A DNA stretch of 64,000 nt from Podarcis melisellensis (taxonomy: Eukaryota). Positions 1 through 13,404 of this stretch are shown piece by piece. The stretch is taken from assembly GCA_964234715.1 (NCBI GenBank), contig OZ174290.1; one strand, given 5' to 3'. Below the pieces are notes generated by a model, which was not told the origin of the DNA, made no database searches, and saw only the letters and a list, made by a program, of their open reading frames with translations. Position 1 is the first letter of the stretch, and each line of letters opens with the position of its first letter. The position numbers and the translations under genes were made by a program.

Positions 1-29
1 CTACTTTGGTAGAGCTTGGATTCCCACAC

Positions 30-128
30 CAGCCTTCACCAAATTAGTGCTCTCCAGATGTTTTGAACTACAAAACTCAAGAGCTGAGGTCCAAAACATC
101 TGGGGGGAAACCAGGTTGGTGAAGGTTG
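30..128. mobile_element. Palindromic hAT-type MITE in the STC1 3' UTR
   Basis: CAGCCTTCACC...GGTGAAGGTTG termini; internal CCAGATGTTTTG/CAAAACATCTGG arms; degenerate 8-bp TSD tcccacac/ccctacac. Confidence 0.7.
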
Positions 129-156
129 CCCTACACTTCCACCCTCTCAAGGAACA

Positions 157-427
157 TTACACACTTTCTGAGGAAGAACGTTTCATGTGGGACTGAACAG
201 GCCCCTCCCCCCGCAGATTTCGGAAATAGATTTTTAGCTTCTGAGGCTCAGTGATACGTCTCCGATTGAAGTCTGCTCTCGGATGGATTTGGGCACAATG
301 ATCTGTCTGCAGGAGGTGGAAAAGGCTGGCCATGTTTGGACCGATTTTTGCCATCAAACTGTCCTTTATGGTTGCCACCGTCTCTTCATCACATTCCAGT
401 AAGCTTCTCACGAGCTTGTTGTAATAC
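157..427 (-). CDS. STC1: STC1 coding exon 4 ([17 protein letters not shown]...[10 protein letters not shown])
   Basis: Acceptor acacag|G TAT TAC; stop TAA at 159-157; contains the dimerising Cys in TDHCAQ. Confidence 0.98.
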
Positions 428-547
428 CTGTGTTAAGATCAGAGAGTTAGTTGTTCATATTTCCTCCCACCAATACAATTAAAGCATTTGTGTGGCATTT
501 CGGACCACACCAAAGAACTTCATATGCATTATTTCACCACCACCACC

Positions 548-1375
548 ATATATTACTTATGCCCCGTCTGTCTGGCTGGGTTTCCCCAGTCACTCTGGGT
601 GGCTTTCAACAGGAGATTAAAAATACATTAAAACATCAGTCATTAAAAACTTCCCTAAACAGGGCTGCCTTCAGATGTCTTCTAAACGTCAGATAGTTGT
701 TTATTTCCTTGACATCTGATGGGAGGGTGTTACACAGGGCAGGAGCCATTACCCAGAAAGCCCTTTGCCTGGTTCCCTGTAACTTTGCTCCTTGCAGTGA
801 GAGAACTACTAGAAGGCCGTCGGCACTGGACCTCAGTGTCCAGGCCAAACAATGGGGGTGTAGATGCTCCTTTAGGTATACTGGACCGAGGACATTTGGG
901 GCTTTAAAGGTCAGCACCAACACTTTTAACTGTGCTCCGAAACGTACTGGGAACCAATGTAGGTCTTTCAAGACTGGTGTTATGTGGTCTCGGCAGCTGC
1001 TCCCAATCACCAGTCTAGCTGCCGCATAGTTGGAGTTTCTGGGTCACCTTCAAAGGTAGCCCCACGGAGAGCGCATTGCAGTAGTCTAAGCGGGAGACAA
1101 CCAGAGCATGCAGTCCACGGGCAGAGAGGGTCTCATTCTGTGTACCAGATGGAGCTGGCAGACAGCTGCCCTGGACACAGAATTGACCTGCACCTCCATG
1201 GACAGCTGGAAGTCCAAAATGACTCCCAGGCTGCGCACCTGGTCCTTCAGGGGTACAGTTGCCCCATTCAGGACCAGGGAATCCCCCACACCTGCCTGAC
1301 CCCTGTCCCCCCAAAACAGTACTGCTGTCTTGTCAGGATTCAACCTCAATCTGTTAGCCACCATCCACCCCCCTG
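548..1375 (-). mobile_element. L2-clade LINE 3' fragment (STC1 intron 3)
   Basis: Frameshifted RT C-terminal peptides (NRLRLNPDKT, SRLDYCNAL, HITPVLKDLHWFPV, FRRHLKAALF) followed by a 3' tail. Confidence 0.85.
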
Positions 1376-4300
1376 CCACTCACACAGGACCTTCAATAAA
1401 ATGTTTACAAGCACCCTGCCACAAACTTCAGTATCAGAGCCAGAGCTTTTTTTCAGCCGGAACTCAGTTCTCACACCTATCAGGTGGGCATCGTTGCCAT
1501 AATAAGAGAAGAGAGGAGGAGCTCAGGATGAGCTCCAGCCCCTCTTGTTCTAGAAAAACAGCACTGATCAGGGCCTAAGGACTCTCCCACACTTCCGCTT
1601 GTCCTGCTACTTCCTTCCAGGAAAACCAACGGTTTACGGCTGAATTGGACCAAATGGTGATCAGTTTTTCTGGGGGTTTGATGTTTCTTCTGATTCAGTG
1701 GTAAAGAGTGTTTGTTTTCCAGGGGAAAGATGCAAGGCAAACACAAAACTGCCCAGACCCATACCTAAGAAGCACGGGACAAGTGGAAAACTGCTTGGGT
1801 CCATGCAAAAGTGTGGCTGAGCCCTCACATCAATATAATTGTGTGGCTTGTAGCCATGTGAGAGGATATATATTTTTTTTAATGAATCCTAGATGGAAGG
1901 CAATTTTCATTTCAAGCATAAGACACAGAAGGGGGAGGTTTAACCATTTGCACCCCAGACACAACCCTAATGGAAATCCCCCCTCTTTGTGCCGCAATTA
2001 GCAACAGAGTTCACACCTCAGGCTCTCAGCTACTATATGACACTAGCTTCTCAATGCAAAGGTCTCTTGGTTCCTCAAAGGATTCCATCCATTCTCCCAT
2101 GCTGCCCAGTTTTCTCAGAGAATGGGCCATTTCTAACATAGCTTCCCATCTGCAGAATGCTCTCATGAGGTGGCCTTTTGCTTCCCCTGTGTCCCTAACT
2201 AGAACCTAGCTAACTAGGAATGTCTTACATGCAGTTGTCATTGAAATGCAGAGCCAAACTAGACACAACCCCACCCATGCAATTAGCAACCACAGTGCCA
2301 CCCTCATGTATGCCTTTTTGAGAAGCAATTTCAGGTGCAGGGCACATCAGGACCATGGCATACAGGCGGTGCTAACTGGCCCCTTGGGATTAGTAAGGCA
2401 CAAGGCAGGAAGACCAACAGCTGTTGAAGCCAATGGCAGGTGAAGCTGGAGGCACTAATAGACAGAGCTCACTAATTCTGGCTTTGCCCCCATCCATCTC
2501 CCTGCTGACTTCTGCAAGGGCAAAACACAGACTAAAGGAGGAAGAGGAGGAGGGTGATAGGCTTTGTAGCCCCCTGGGCTGGAGGGAAGGCAGGTGGGAG
2601 CTGGCTGAGGTTGGTGGGGCAGTGCTCCTTAGAGCAGCTTTGCTCCTTTGCCCCTTGTGAAGTCCTGATTCAGATGCCTGCTATCTGCACTCTGGGTGGG
2701 AGGAGGGAGGCTCCATGATTATATTTGGCTTTAATGTTGGTATCATTTTTGTAAGTTGGTTTGCAGAAGTTTGTGAAAACATGAGCAATAAATACAATAA
2801 ATGACAAACGTGATTTAAAAAAGCTATTGTTGCAGTTGCTAGTTGCATGAATAGGGCAACATCTGGTTTGGTCCATGGCTGAAATACACAAGGGCCGGTT
2901 TCCCCAGAGGCAGCCCCATGCATCTGAACGACAGAACCACATTGGTGAAGCTAATCTTGGGCATCATCTTTCGTCCCACCAGCTCAACCTCTGCAGACTC
3001 CAGCCACTGGGTGTGGGGTGGGGGGAACTGCTTCATGGAACTCGTGGAGTCTGCTTCCAAAGAGCCAGACAGTGGAGTTTTAAGAATCTGAACTATTCTG
3101 TCCTGCCCTACAATAACTGCTCCAGAAATGCAAGACATCTTTCATTTAGAGAAAGGAGGTTTTCACACACGATACTAAGAACCTCTTTAAGCATGGAATG
3201 AATCAATTCTGAATTAACTAAAAAAAGAAAGTAACTTTTAAATGAAATTAATGCTCTGGTCAATGTGACTTTTTCATTCAGTTACATACACAGGAAATAA
3301 ATGCAAGAGAACACTTGAGAGTTCATGCAACTGGTCAATTCAAGAATGCTCTTGCTGCATTTTTGAGCTGAGTGGCGGCTGCTGGAAGCTGAAACAGATG
3401 ACAGAAGTCCAGATTTTACTCAATCGTAGTCAATAAGAGGCTGATGCAGTGCAGTGGCTTAAGAGGACCTTGAGTTTAAGACCCTGATCAGTAGTCACAA
3501 GGGATGGGTGAATTTGTCAATTTTGATTTCTCTCAGTTCTCCAGTCTTAAGTTTACTTCTCCACATTTTCACATCAGTTTTTTTTTAATTACAAAGTCCT
3601 CATGAAAATTTATGTTAATTTCTCCTAAAACACATTTTTATATGTAGTTTTGACTAATGTACACATTCTTGCAAGTACCCCCCCCCCACTATTAATTCAC
3701 AATCCTTGTATATGGATTTTTGCAAAAGTTGGTTGGAGATCTCAAAATTCAGATAAGTGTGAATTTTGAAGGATTCACCTTTAACCATGTACTGAACTGA
3801 ATTTCTCCTCTGCCCCTACCATCAAGGTCTGATGAACACTTTGAGGACCTGAAAGCACCACAGAAATGCTAACAATTAATAGTTATCGGCACACAATGAT
3901 TCTTTTGTGCTTTCCTTTGTTCTGTGACCCCCACAAATGATAGAGTAGTCCTATGCATTTAGTCTTGCTATTCCAATGATCCTCTCAGAGAGGGAGAAGA
4001 TCTATCAAGAATTCAGCATGTGGGTCCCCCCCCCCCGCTATTACTTTTTGCACAGGCAGCTCCAGCTTAAACATGGACTTTGAAATAGGAGTGCACGCCA
4101 AGGTGAGACTTTCATTAGCTGACAGCAGCTTGGAGGCTCTGTCACTTCTTGTTCCAATGGTCAGGGATGATGGGAGTTGTAGTCCAGCATTATCTGGAAA
4201 GTCTCGTGTTCTCCACCCCTGGAGAAAAATCTCCTAAGCCGGTCCTGACATTTGGGCACCTTATACTTAAGGCAGGAAATAGTTTAATAAATAATAAATA

Positions 4301-5146
4301 AAAAAATACTGGTTCTGGGAGTGAATCCAGATTACTGGAATCTATGGTTTCTTTATCCAAGGGTCCAGCGGTGTGTTTGGTGAATTTCTTGCATGGGGTT
4401 TCGGGCTCATTTCCCAGATGCCATTACTGAAGAGAGAGATTCATCCCCTAGAAAGACTGTGGCGATTTTCTACATACTTTGCTGGCAAAGGACCCTATTC
4501 TAAAACCTGATGGCTTGACAGACAAGAGGATTCAACTTCCAAACTGAAAACAGCTTCTCCTGGATTCACTTTCAATAGTCTGACAAAGCAAACCACCTGT
4601 GACTCCAAAAAAGCCTTAAAGCAGCGATGGGGAACCTGCAGCCCTCCACATGCTGGTGGACTGCAGCATCCCTCCCTCCCAGCCAGGGGCAGAACACTTG
4701 CTTTGCACACGGAAGGCCCAGGGCTCGATTCCTGCCATTTTCAGTTAAGAAGGATCAGGTGGCAAATGATGGGAAAGATCTAGATTCATCTTGCCTAAGA
4801 TACATAAATTTCCAGGTTGCACAAAACAATTTTATACCTCTCTGCTACGTCAAGATGAAAATGCAGATTAGCTACTCAGTTGCTGGATTTTGCGCTGCCA
4901 TGATGGATATTTGTTGAAGGATGGTTTGCGCCACAAACGAGGCCCAAAATGCAAGACCTGTGCTCCTTCATGCTCCCTCCCTCAACAATTTGTCCTTGTT
5001 TTTATCTTTTTAAGTTATGTATGATATAATCATCTTTTAACTACTAGTTTTTTATCCCTTACCTGTTTAAGTCTTATGTGTTCAGTTTATCCGTATGTTT
5101 TATCTTATGCTTGTCTGTGACTGAAATAAAGTTTGATATTGGTACT

Positions 5147-5295
5147 TAGAAGACATTTGAAGGCAGCCCTGTATAGGGAAGTTTTTAATGTTTGGTGTCT
5201 TACTGTGTTTAAATTTGTTGGAAGTCACCCAGAGTGGCTGGGGCAACCCAGTCAGATGGGTGGGGTATAAATAATAAAAGTATTATTGTTGTTGT
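5147..5295 (+). mobile_element. L2 LINE 3' end (same family as 548-1375)
   Basis: GACATTTGAAGGCAGCCCTG...CCCAGAGTGGCTGGGGCAACCCAG is the reverse complement of 570-680. Confidence 0.75.
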
Positions 5296-7199
5296 TAAAT
5301 TTATATATTGCCCTTCAGTTGAGGATGACAGGGCAGTTTGCAATATAAAGAATGGAAAGCTTAAATTGTGAATAAAATTAATATGAGACAGCAAGAGCCA
5401 TGGTGAAATGAAATCCACAGTGAGAAAGCTATTTGCAACTTCTGAGGGAACATTCTTAGAAGAACTAGAGAACAGGTGATGGGTAGGGAGACAGGACCCT
5501 GGATTCCAACACCCAAATGCTCTTGAGCAACAGATAAATTGGAGAGAGCAAGAGCTATTCCAGCTTATTATCAAGATAATGACAGAATGATTTGTTTACT
5601 TGAAGCAAGCCATAAGACAAAAGCCACCCCTTAAAGCTGTCTTTTGCAACCAATACCTATATAATGTAATAGCTTTGCAATAACCATATATAATACCTGC
5701 ATATATAAGACAGGAGTGGGGAACCTGTGGCCCTCCAGATGGTGTTGATGAAGTTGTCCTACCATCCATGACCTTGCTGGCTAGGGCTGAGGGTCAGTTT
5801 GCACTGCAGGTCTAAAAACCAGCTGCAGACTACCAAGCGATGGGTAATGTGACAGAGCAGATCTAGCCATTAAACAGAGCTCTCCCTAACTTTAGTGGGT
5901 GCTCCTGATTGCTCCTTTGCAGATATAGCTTGCATTCCATGAATGTGATGGCCTGTTTGACCCATAGGGTCTCAGTTTTTAGAAAATGATTATAATCCCA
6001 GACCTATGAATGGCTAAGAACTCTGCAGAGAATGCATGGTGAAATTGCCAAAACTAGGAGAAAAAGTTCACATGGTCAGCACAACATAGAACCTTTGAAC
6101 CCTGCAGGTCTTTGCCTGCCTTCTTTAATAGCTAGCTAAACCAGAGTGAATTGGTTTGTGCAAGTGTAACCAGTTCTGCCACTTCTATGAATCCCAGAAT
6201 TTAAGAATTTGTTTACCTCGGTGCAGGACTGAGATGGTTTTTAAAAAGGAAAGAACATCCCACTCAATCTTCTCACCGATAATCTACACCTCTAGCTATG
6301 CCAATACACTTTACTTATCAACTCACCTTATGAATGCACCCCAAATGGAGGGTGTGCATAGCTCAGAGCACCGGCCTTGCATGCAGGAGGGTCCAGCTTC
6401 AACCCCACCCCAAAATCTCTAAGACAAGGCTTAAAACAGCAGTGCTTTGAGGGCAGGAGCTTGTGGTGGAAGAATAGGACACCCCCTACCCCAAATATTT
6501 GCCCTTATCACATTTGGGAAGGCAGGTGAAAAATAGAGGTTTACTTCATTTACTTACAATTTACAATTTTCTTCCATACCACCCGCTGACTTAACACAGT
6601 TCTCTGGGAGGTTTATCAGTAACAAGTTAAAACTGTAAGTATTTCCACAATACACATCTAAAGCTCTCTCCAACAGACCATTATGCCTGGAGTCTTATAT
6701 TACTTAACAGCACTGCAGGTTGATTAGTAGTAGCAGATCCTGCTGCCCAGATCCCTGAAGAACTGCTGCCAGTTGGAGGAGGCCAGAGACAGTGAGCCTG
6801 TGGTCCTCTGGAGTGGTTGGACTCAAAGTCCCAACAGGAACTATGGTCAAAGGCCAGAAATTACAGGAGTTGCAGCCCAACAATATCTAGTTCACATTGT
6901 CATCTGAGTCATGTGAGGCAGTGAAGGTACTGAATTGGTGCTTTGATATGCTAATGGGCTGGATGAGGGCAAGAAACCAATTCCTGGATATGGGAATATA
7001 GGGCTGTGCTTCCCTTGAAGGAATAGGTACATAGTTTGAGGGTGCTTGAGGACCAGATGGCTTCAGTGGCAAGGAAAGTCCTTTCCAAGCTTCAGCTGGT
7101 TCACCAGCTACAAATATTCCTGGCAGGGCTGCAGTGGCCCATGCTGTGATCAGCTGTTGTTTGAAGGACTGCCATGCACTGCAGACAACCCTTGAAGAC

Positions 7200-7460
7200 A
7201 ACTCAGAAGTTTCACCGAGTCAATAATGCATGTGACAGAGGTTTGACAGGTACCACCAGGAGAGATCATATCACATTGATTCCTTAAACAACTGCCCTGG
7301 CTGCCCATCCACTTCTAAGCTCAATTTAAGGTGTTGCTGCTTACTTTTAAAGCCCCAAATAGTTTAGGGCCTGAATACCTGAAGAAGTGCCCCCGCTATA
7401 AGCAACTGCCTGTGCTTTCTGATCAGGTTTGGTTGATGATGACATGGGACAGAGTCTTCT
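7200..7460 (+). mobile_element. Degraded L2 LINE fragment
   Basis: Decayed match to the HITP..LHWLP..AQFKVLLLTFKA coding region. Confidence 0.6.
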
Positions 7461-7556
7461 TCGTGGTTGTTGGACTCTGAGTCCAACTCCATCAGCCCTA
7501 GCAAGCACAGCCAATGGTCAGGGAAGATTGGAGTTGTAGACTAGGAACCTCTAGAA

Positions 7557-7691
7557 GAGCCTTTCTCAACCTTGGGTCCCCAGATGTTTTTGGCCTACAA
7601 CTCCCATCATCTCTGACCACTGGTCCTGTGAGCAAGGGATCATGGGAGTTGTAGGCCAAAAACATCTGGGGACCAAGGTTGAGAACCACTG
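7557..7691. mobile_element. Palindromic hAT MITE
   Basis: Perfect 8-bp TSD CTCTAGAA (7549-7556 and 7692-7699); long internal inverted arms. Confidence 0.85.
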
Positions 7692-7977
7692 CTCTAGAAG
7701 GTCATACACTACCCTCCCTTGCCTTACAGCAGGGGGTGGGCTACCTCTCTACTGGCCGTTGGAATTCATCCCTGGCCATGGCCCTTATCCCCAGGCCACA
7801 GTCCGCACTTGACGTGCCTGACACCCTTCTTGAGTGTTTGTCTGACTGGATTGTGCCCCTGGACTCTGATAAGCTGATACAGAGGGTGTGTGACTTCTGT
7901 GTGCAGAAACTAGCCTGCTGTACAAGGGTACAAGAATGAATATTAGTTGATCCACCTGCTTTTGCCTGCAGCCTTTT

Positions 7978-8282
7978 CATAGAATCATAGAATTGGAAGA
8001 GACCACAAGGGCCATCGAGTCCAACCCCCTGCCAAGCAGGAAACACCATCAGAGCACTCCTGACATATGGTTGTCAAGCCTCTGCTTAAAGACCTCCAAA
8101 GAAGGAGACTCCACCACACTCCTTGGCAGCAAATTCCACTGTCGAACAGCTCTTACTGTCAGAAAGTTCTTCCTAATGTTTAGGTGGAATCTTCTTTCTT
8201 GTAGTTTGGATCCATTGCTCCGTGTCCGCTTCTCTGGAGCAGCAGAAAACAACCTTTCTCCCTCCTCTATGTGACATCCTTT
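7978..8282 (-). mobile_element. CR1 LINE 3' fragment, young subfamily (STC1 intron 3)
   Basis: GCHIEEGERLF...WNLLPRSVVESPSLEVFKQRLD; (ATTCTATG)n tail; nearly identical to the 3' end of 47572-49680. Confidence 0.92.
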
Positions 8283-9724
8283 GCCTGAGAATCTTTTCCG
8301 CCCCCATACAGGTGTGTAAAGAACTGACATGGTTGTCATTTCAGCATTACGTAAACATGTACCTGTGTACCTAGAATAGAGGTGAGCAACTTTGGGCTCT
8401 CCAGGTGCTATTGGACTCCAACACCCATCAACCCCAACCAGTACATTCAACAGTCAAGGCCCTTCATGTGAAGGACCAAAGGTTCCCACTCCTCCCCGAG
8501 GACTTTCAAGTTTCTAAATGAGTGACTGTTTCAGACTTCTCTGCTATGTTTAGAGGCCCCTGCTGCCATTTAAGCTTTGCTAATGGCAGTTTTATGCTGC
8601 ACCCCACCATGGTAACAGCAATGATAAAAATAAGGGCTGTAAGTCTTTAAAACAAATAACTTGTGGAGGGAACAAGCCTTCCCCCTTCCTGAAGCAGACA
8701 GTACAGTAGAGCGGCCAGGCCTGAAATCAGACAAGGCAACAGTTCAGCAAAGAAGGCCTTGCTTGAGATCAAATTGTGAAATAGGAGTCTTTTAAAAATG
8801 TTTTAGCCTAGTACACATACCCACATGCCATTTCAGATACCATTCAAGACTAACCATGGAAAAGGTGCCCTGACCTTTTAATGACCTCCTGTTTGACTGC
8901 AGTGCCATCTAGTTCATGCTTAGCTTCTGTTGGGGACAGCTGAGAAAGCAGGATTGCTTTGGGAAAACTTGTGTCAATTTACTAGCTGGGAAATTCTGTT
9001 GGCTTTGTTTCCAGCAGCACGAAGGACTACCTGCCCCCCTTCAGTCACTTGAGTTTTGCAGGTTGGAAGAGGCCCTGCGGCTTCTTACTCCCCCCACTGC
9101 AGAAATTGCTGCCTCCCTAGCTACATTCTCACAATTTTAGCAGGATTAAGACAATCACAGAAAGACCATGAGTTCACAGGAAGTTGCCTTACACCAAGTC
9201 AGCAAGACAGCAGTGAAGAGCTGCAGCCATTTCCTTTCAGAATGACAGCCACACTGGTCCATAAAACTCACTGCCATTCACCCTGACTGACAGCATTTCT
9301 GAACAGGCACTTTTCGTTACCCTACCTGGATATGCTGGGGGTTGAGTCTGGGGCCTCTGCATACACAGCAGATGCTCTGCCACTGAACATCCTTCAACTT
9401 ATTGTGGAACAGCTTTAGTTCATTACTACATTTGCATCTTGCCTTTCCATTCAGGAGCTCCAGTTTTGGACCTGGTCCTCTTTCCACACCAAACTTTATC
9501 ATCAAAATCAACCCAACTTGAACCAGGGTGAGCGCCAGCTTTTGGAGGGTCTATGAGCAATGCACTGACTAGTGAGCCAACCACTAAAGCAAGTCCACTC
9601 TTGCCAATGGAACCCCTGGCATGTGGCAGGTCCCAGCTATGTTAACCCTCATCCCTGGCCATGTCTTGAATATGCTTTTTCAAGAAGTGTACTCATGTCT
9701 TTTATAGTGCACAAACAAGCCTAC

Positions 9725-9936
9725 CTGTTTGAGAAGTGGCTCGGAAGCTGGACGACTTCTGTGATCGCTTCTGTGTTCTTTTTTGCAATGCCACAGATGT
9801 CCAGCTTGCTGTAACATTCCTCCTGCACCTCAGAAATCATTCGCTGGAATGTGGAGCATCTCCGAATGGCGAGGAACACTTTCGAGGTAATGCCGTTTGC
9901 AATGCACTTCAAGCTCTCCTTCACAAAGGCTTTCCC
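9725..9936 (-). CDS. STC1: STC1 coding exon 3 ([15 protein letters not shown]...QLPSHFSNR)
   Basis: Acceptor ggcag|GGG, donor AG|GTAG; 212 nt; matches ORF-track 9721..9924. Confidence 0.98.
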
Positions 9937-11958
9937 CTGCCAATTGATTGTTAGGGTGTAAGTGACCAGGTTAAAAGAACAGGAGTATGAATCTATACTG
10001 TATACTATGCTTTTGCCACATGTAATTAATGATCCTCAAGTGGGAACCTCAGTTAGCAATGGGCAAACGTTGATTTTAGTTTCTCATTTTTCCAGGTCTC
10101 CACCTTTCCAGTTCAAGAGGTTTTGTTTTTTTAAGTTCTCATAAAAATTCAGAAGCATTTTAGTGCAAATTTCTCCCTATATATACATATGTCTGTTTTT
10201 ACAACTATATGCATTTTTGCACATATTGCTTTCCTGGAGAACTGCATTGCAAAATTCAAAGAAGTGGTAATTTTAAAATTACAGCAGAGTTTCTGTTTGC
10301 ATTTTATTTTGGGAAGTAAAAGTTAGGTAGATTTGCCTTTAAATGCAAACTAGACTGAATTTCTCCTCTACCCCTGCCAGTGGGGATGACTCCATTTCAG
10401 CATTCTGGACACCCAGCAAAGCCTTCTCCCAAGATACTCCATTCCCCTCCTGTTCTCCTCCCAAATTCACTAGTCCTCCCCCCTTTTTGGTTCGCCCTAT
10501 ATAATTTTTTTTAAAAAAAATGTACTTTTGCCAACTTGTGTTTTTCCCTAAGCCTGCTGTTCATGGGCTGTGCTGTTTTGGCTACTTAAGGAGAATTCAG
10601 AAAACCAAATTCACCCTTAGCATGTATATTGGTAACTGCAACTAAAGCTTCAGTACATACAAAGCTTACTTGGCAACACTGAGGGCTCATGTACACTTCC
10701 ATTTTCCTCTGGGAAAGCCTGCAGTTTAGCATGGAATCGGAACAAACAGCAATTGGGTTTCTTTTGTGGGTTGCTGTTTGTTATGATTTAGCACTAAATC
10801 GCAGGTTTCCTGGGAGAAAGCAGAAAGGGAAAGGCAAAACCACTCAGACCTGTGCCTAGAAAGCCTGGGAGAAGTGGAAAAACTCCCAGACTTGTGTTTT
10901 TTAGGGACTAGCAGAAGAGGGGGTGCAGTAGGGTGGGGACGTAACAAGGCATAACGGGGTGGGGCAGGCTTACACACGCTCCGCTGACCCACAAGGGGGC
11001 CCAGATTTGTAACCCACACACAAATTGGGGATTGCCTGTAAAAAGAAAAGACCACACCATGTAATATTCTCACATAGCACATATTATTGAGGAGAGAACA
11101 TTGAAGCAAAATTAGTGTAAGTGGCCTCCTACATTTTGATATTTTATTATTTTTTTTACCTGCCATTTATCAGCAAGTTCCAGGGTAGGTTACAACAATT
11201 TAAAAGTAAATATTAAAAGCAGTTAAAATGGTCATAGGAGTAGGATGCATGCTGAGAACACACACCAGCCGGTGTCCAAGGTCAGGGTAAAGTGAGATGC
11301 CTTAAGCATACAATGAAAGCTGTATAATGATGGTGCCACACCCATCTCTGTGGGGAGGGAGTTCCACAACTTAGGGGCTGCCACAGAGAAGGCCCTCTCC
11401 TGGACTCCCCCCCCCCCCGTGAATGTCTGAGGGTGGAGGAGTTACCAAGAGAGCCCTAACCCACACCCTATAATAATGAACTTTAAAATTTGCCAGTTTG
11501 CTGTTCTTATTTACTGGCATCTTAAAATCTCCAGCCTAAGGAAAGCCACTCCACCTTGTCCAATGGTAGGAATGGCCAGGGCTCTACACTTGGTGGGTTA
11601 GGTGCCAAGTTTCTACTTCCTAGCCTCCTGGGAAATAGAAGTCGCAAGTCATGTCAGGCTGATCTGCACTGCACATCTCCCTGCCAGCTCCCACAGTAGG
11701 AGTGGCTGTGTGAAAAGAACATTTGTTTCCTCTTGAAAGGGAAGCTTGATTCTCCACCCCACAAGACATCCTCTGCCAAGCCTTCACACACAGTGAGTGG
11801 AAAATGTACTGTCATAGAACGGACCCCTAGTCCCAACCCACCACTTGAATGTATCCGCTGTGTTAATAATTTTTTTAAAAACAACAACAACAACAACAAC
11901 TGAATAAACTGTCTCTGGGTACAAGTTATCACATATTTGCAGCAAATAAAGCACCCGA

Positions 11959-12152
11959 CATAGAATCATAGAATCATAGAGTTGGAAGAGACCACAAGGG
12001 CCATCGAGTCCAACCCCCTGCCAAGCAGGAAACACCACCAGAGCACTCTTGACATATGGTTGTCAAGCCTCTGCTTAAAGACCTCCGGAGAAGGAGACTC
12101 CACCACACTCCTTGGCAGCAAATTCCACTGTCGAAAAGCTCTTACTGTCAGA
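11959..12152 (-). mobile_element. CR1 LINE 3' fragment (STC1 intron 2)
   Basis: Same 3' end and ATTCTATG tail as the 7978 and 47572 copies. Confidence 0.9.
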
Positions 12153-12897
12153 TTGCATTTGATATGTCTTGCTGCAGACATATCTGCAGCTACTTAAAAT
12201 ATAGGTGCTTAAGGGACAAAGGACAATTCAGAAGCTCTTCATGCAACCAGCAGCTTTGTTGCAGCTCAGTATCATTGATAACTGACCAGCAGTGACCTTC
12301 CAGAACTTCAGGCTGGAGTCTTCCCTAGGTCTACCTGGAGATAACAGGGACTGAACCTTGGACTTTTGGGAAGTTATCTGCCAGTGAGCTACAACCCTTA
12401 TTTGCTCAAATAGCTGGGACTCCACCAGGCTTAAGAACAAAATGGGCCATATACAAATAAAATTATTTATGTATCCCCAGTAGTGGGCCATGTTGGCTGA
12501 GGCCAAGGGAAGTTGACACCAACATCATCTAGAGGGCCAAAGGTTCCACTGTCCCTGTTTTAAAGAAAACAAGACACTTCATTTTAAGAGGATACACACA
12601 TGCATCACAGCAACCAGCATCTTAGAAGAAGCATTTCCTTCTGTGGAATAAGAGAATGCTTCTTTTTAAGATTGCATTTGATATCTGCAGTTGTTGTAAG
12701 ACAGGGGTTGGGAAGCTCCAGCCCAAAAGCCAATTTAGGCCACTGAGGCCTCCCTGATTGGCCTGTAAGGCTGTCTCAGCCAAGCCAAGTCCACTCTCCA
12801 TCAGTTGCACTATATGAAACTAGGTGAATTCTGAGAACTTATGTACAATACAATAGTATTGGTTGCAGCAGCGTCTCACCCCTGGGCATATGAGTCA

Positions 12898-13200
12898 AAG
12901 AAAGCTGCCTCCTACTCAGACCCCTGGCTCATATAGCTCAATAGCACCTACACCAAGGGGAACCAGTGGCCTTTCAGCTGTTGCTGGGCTACAACTCCCA
13001 CCATCCCTGAACATTGACTATATTGCATGAGGCTGATAGGAGCTGGAGTCCAACAACATCTGGAGGACCAGCTGTTCTCCACCCACTGATCTGCACTGAC
13101 TAGCAGAGACTCTCAAGGGTTTCAGACAGGAGACTTTCCTATCTCTAAGTGGAGATGCCTTTTGCAAGGAAAACATTGCACCACCATGGAGCCCTGGCCC
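12898..13200 (-). mobile_element. tRNA-derived SINE interrupted by a palindromic MITE (~12955-13088)
   Basis: Shares CCCTGGAGAG..GCCAGTCAGTGTAGAC..AGGCAGCTT blocks with copies at ~22780-22905, ~39975-40325 and ~54770-54905. Confidence 0.55.
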
Positions 13201-13261
13201 TTCTCCCCCTATCCATCAGCAAGGAAGCTGCAAGGGAAAAGGGGTTAGGCTGATACTGTAC

Positions 13262-13404
13262 CTGAGTGTCAAATTTAGCTGCACTGTAGAGAAAGGATTT
13301 GCAGATGTCATACATGCCACCTGTGTCACATGTGGAGTTTTCCAGGCAGGCAAAAGCACCACACCCTACTTGGAGGGCACTATTTAAACACCGCACCACA
13401 TCCG
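13262..13404 (-). CDS. STC1: STC1 coding exon 2 ([48 protein letters not shown])
   Basis: Acceptor ttttgcag|CG, donor CAG|GTACAG; 143 nt; near identity to the STC1 core. Confidence 0.98.
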
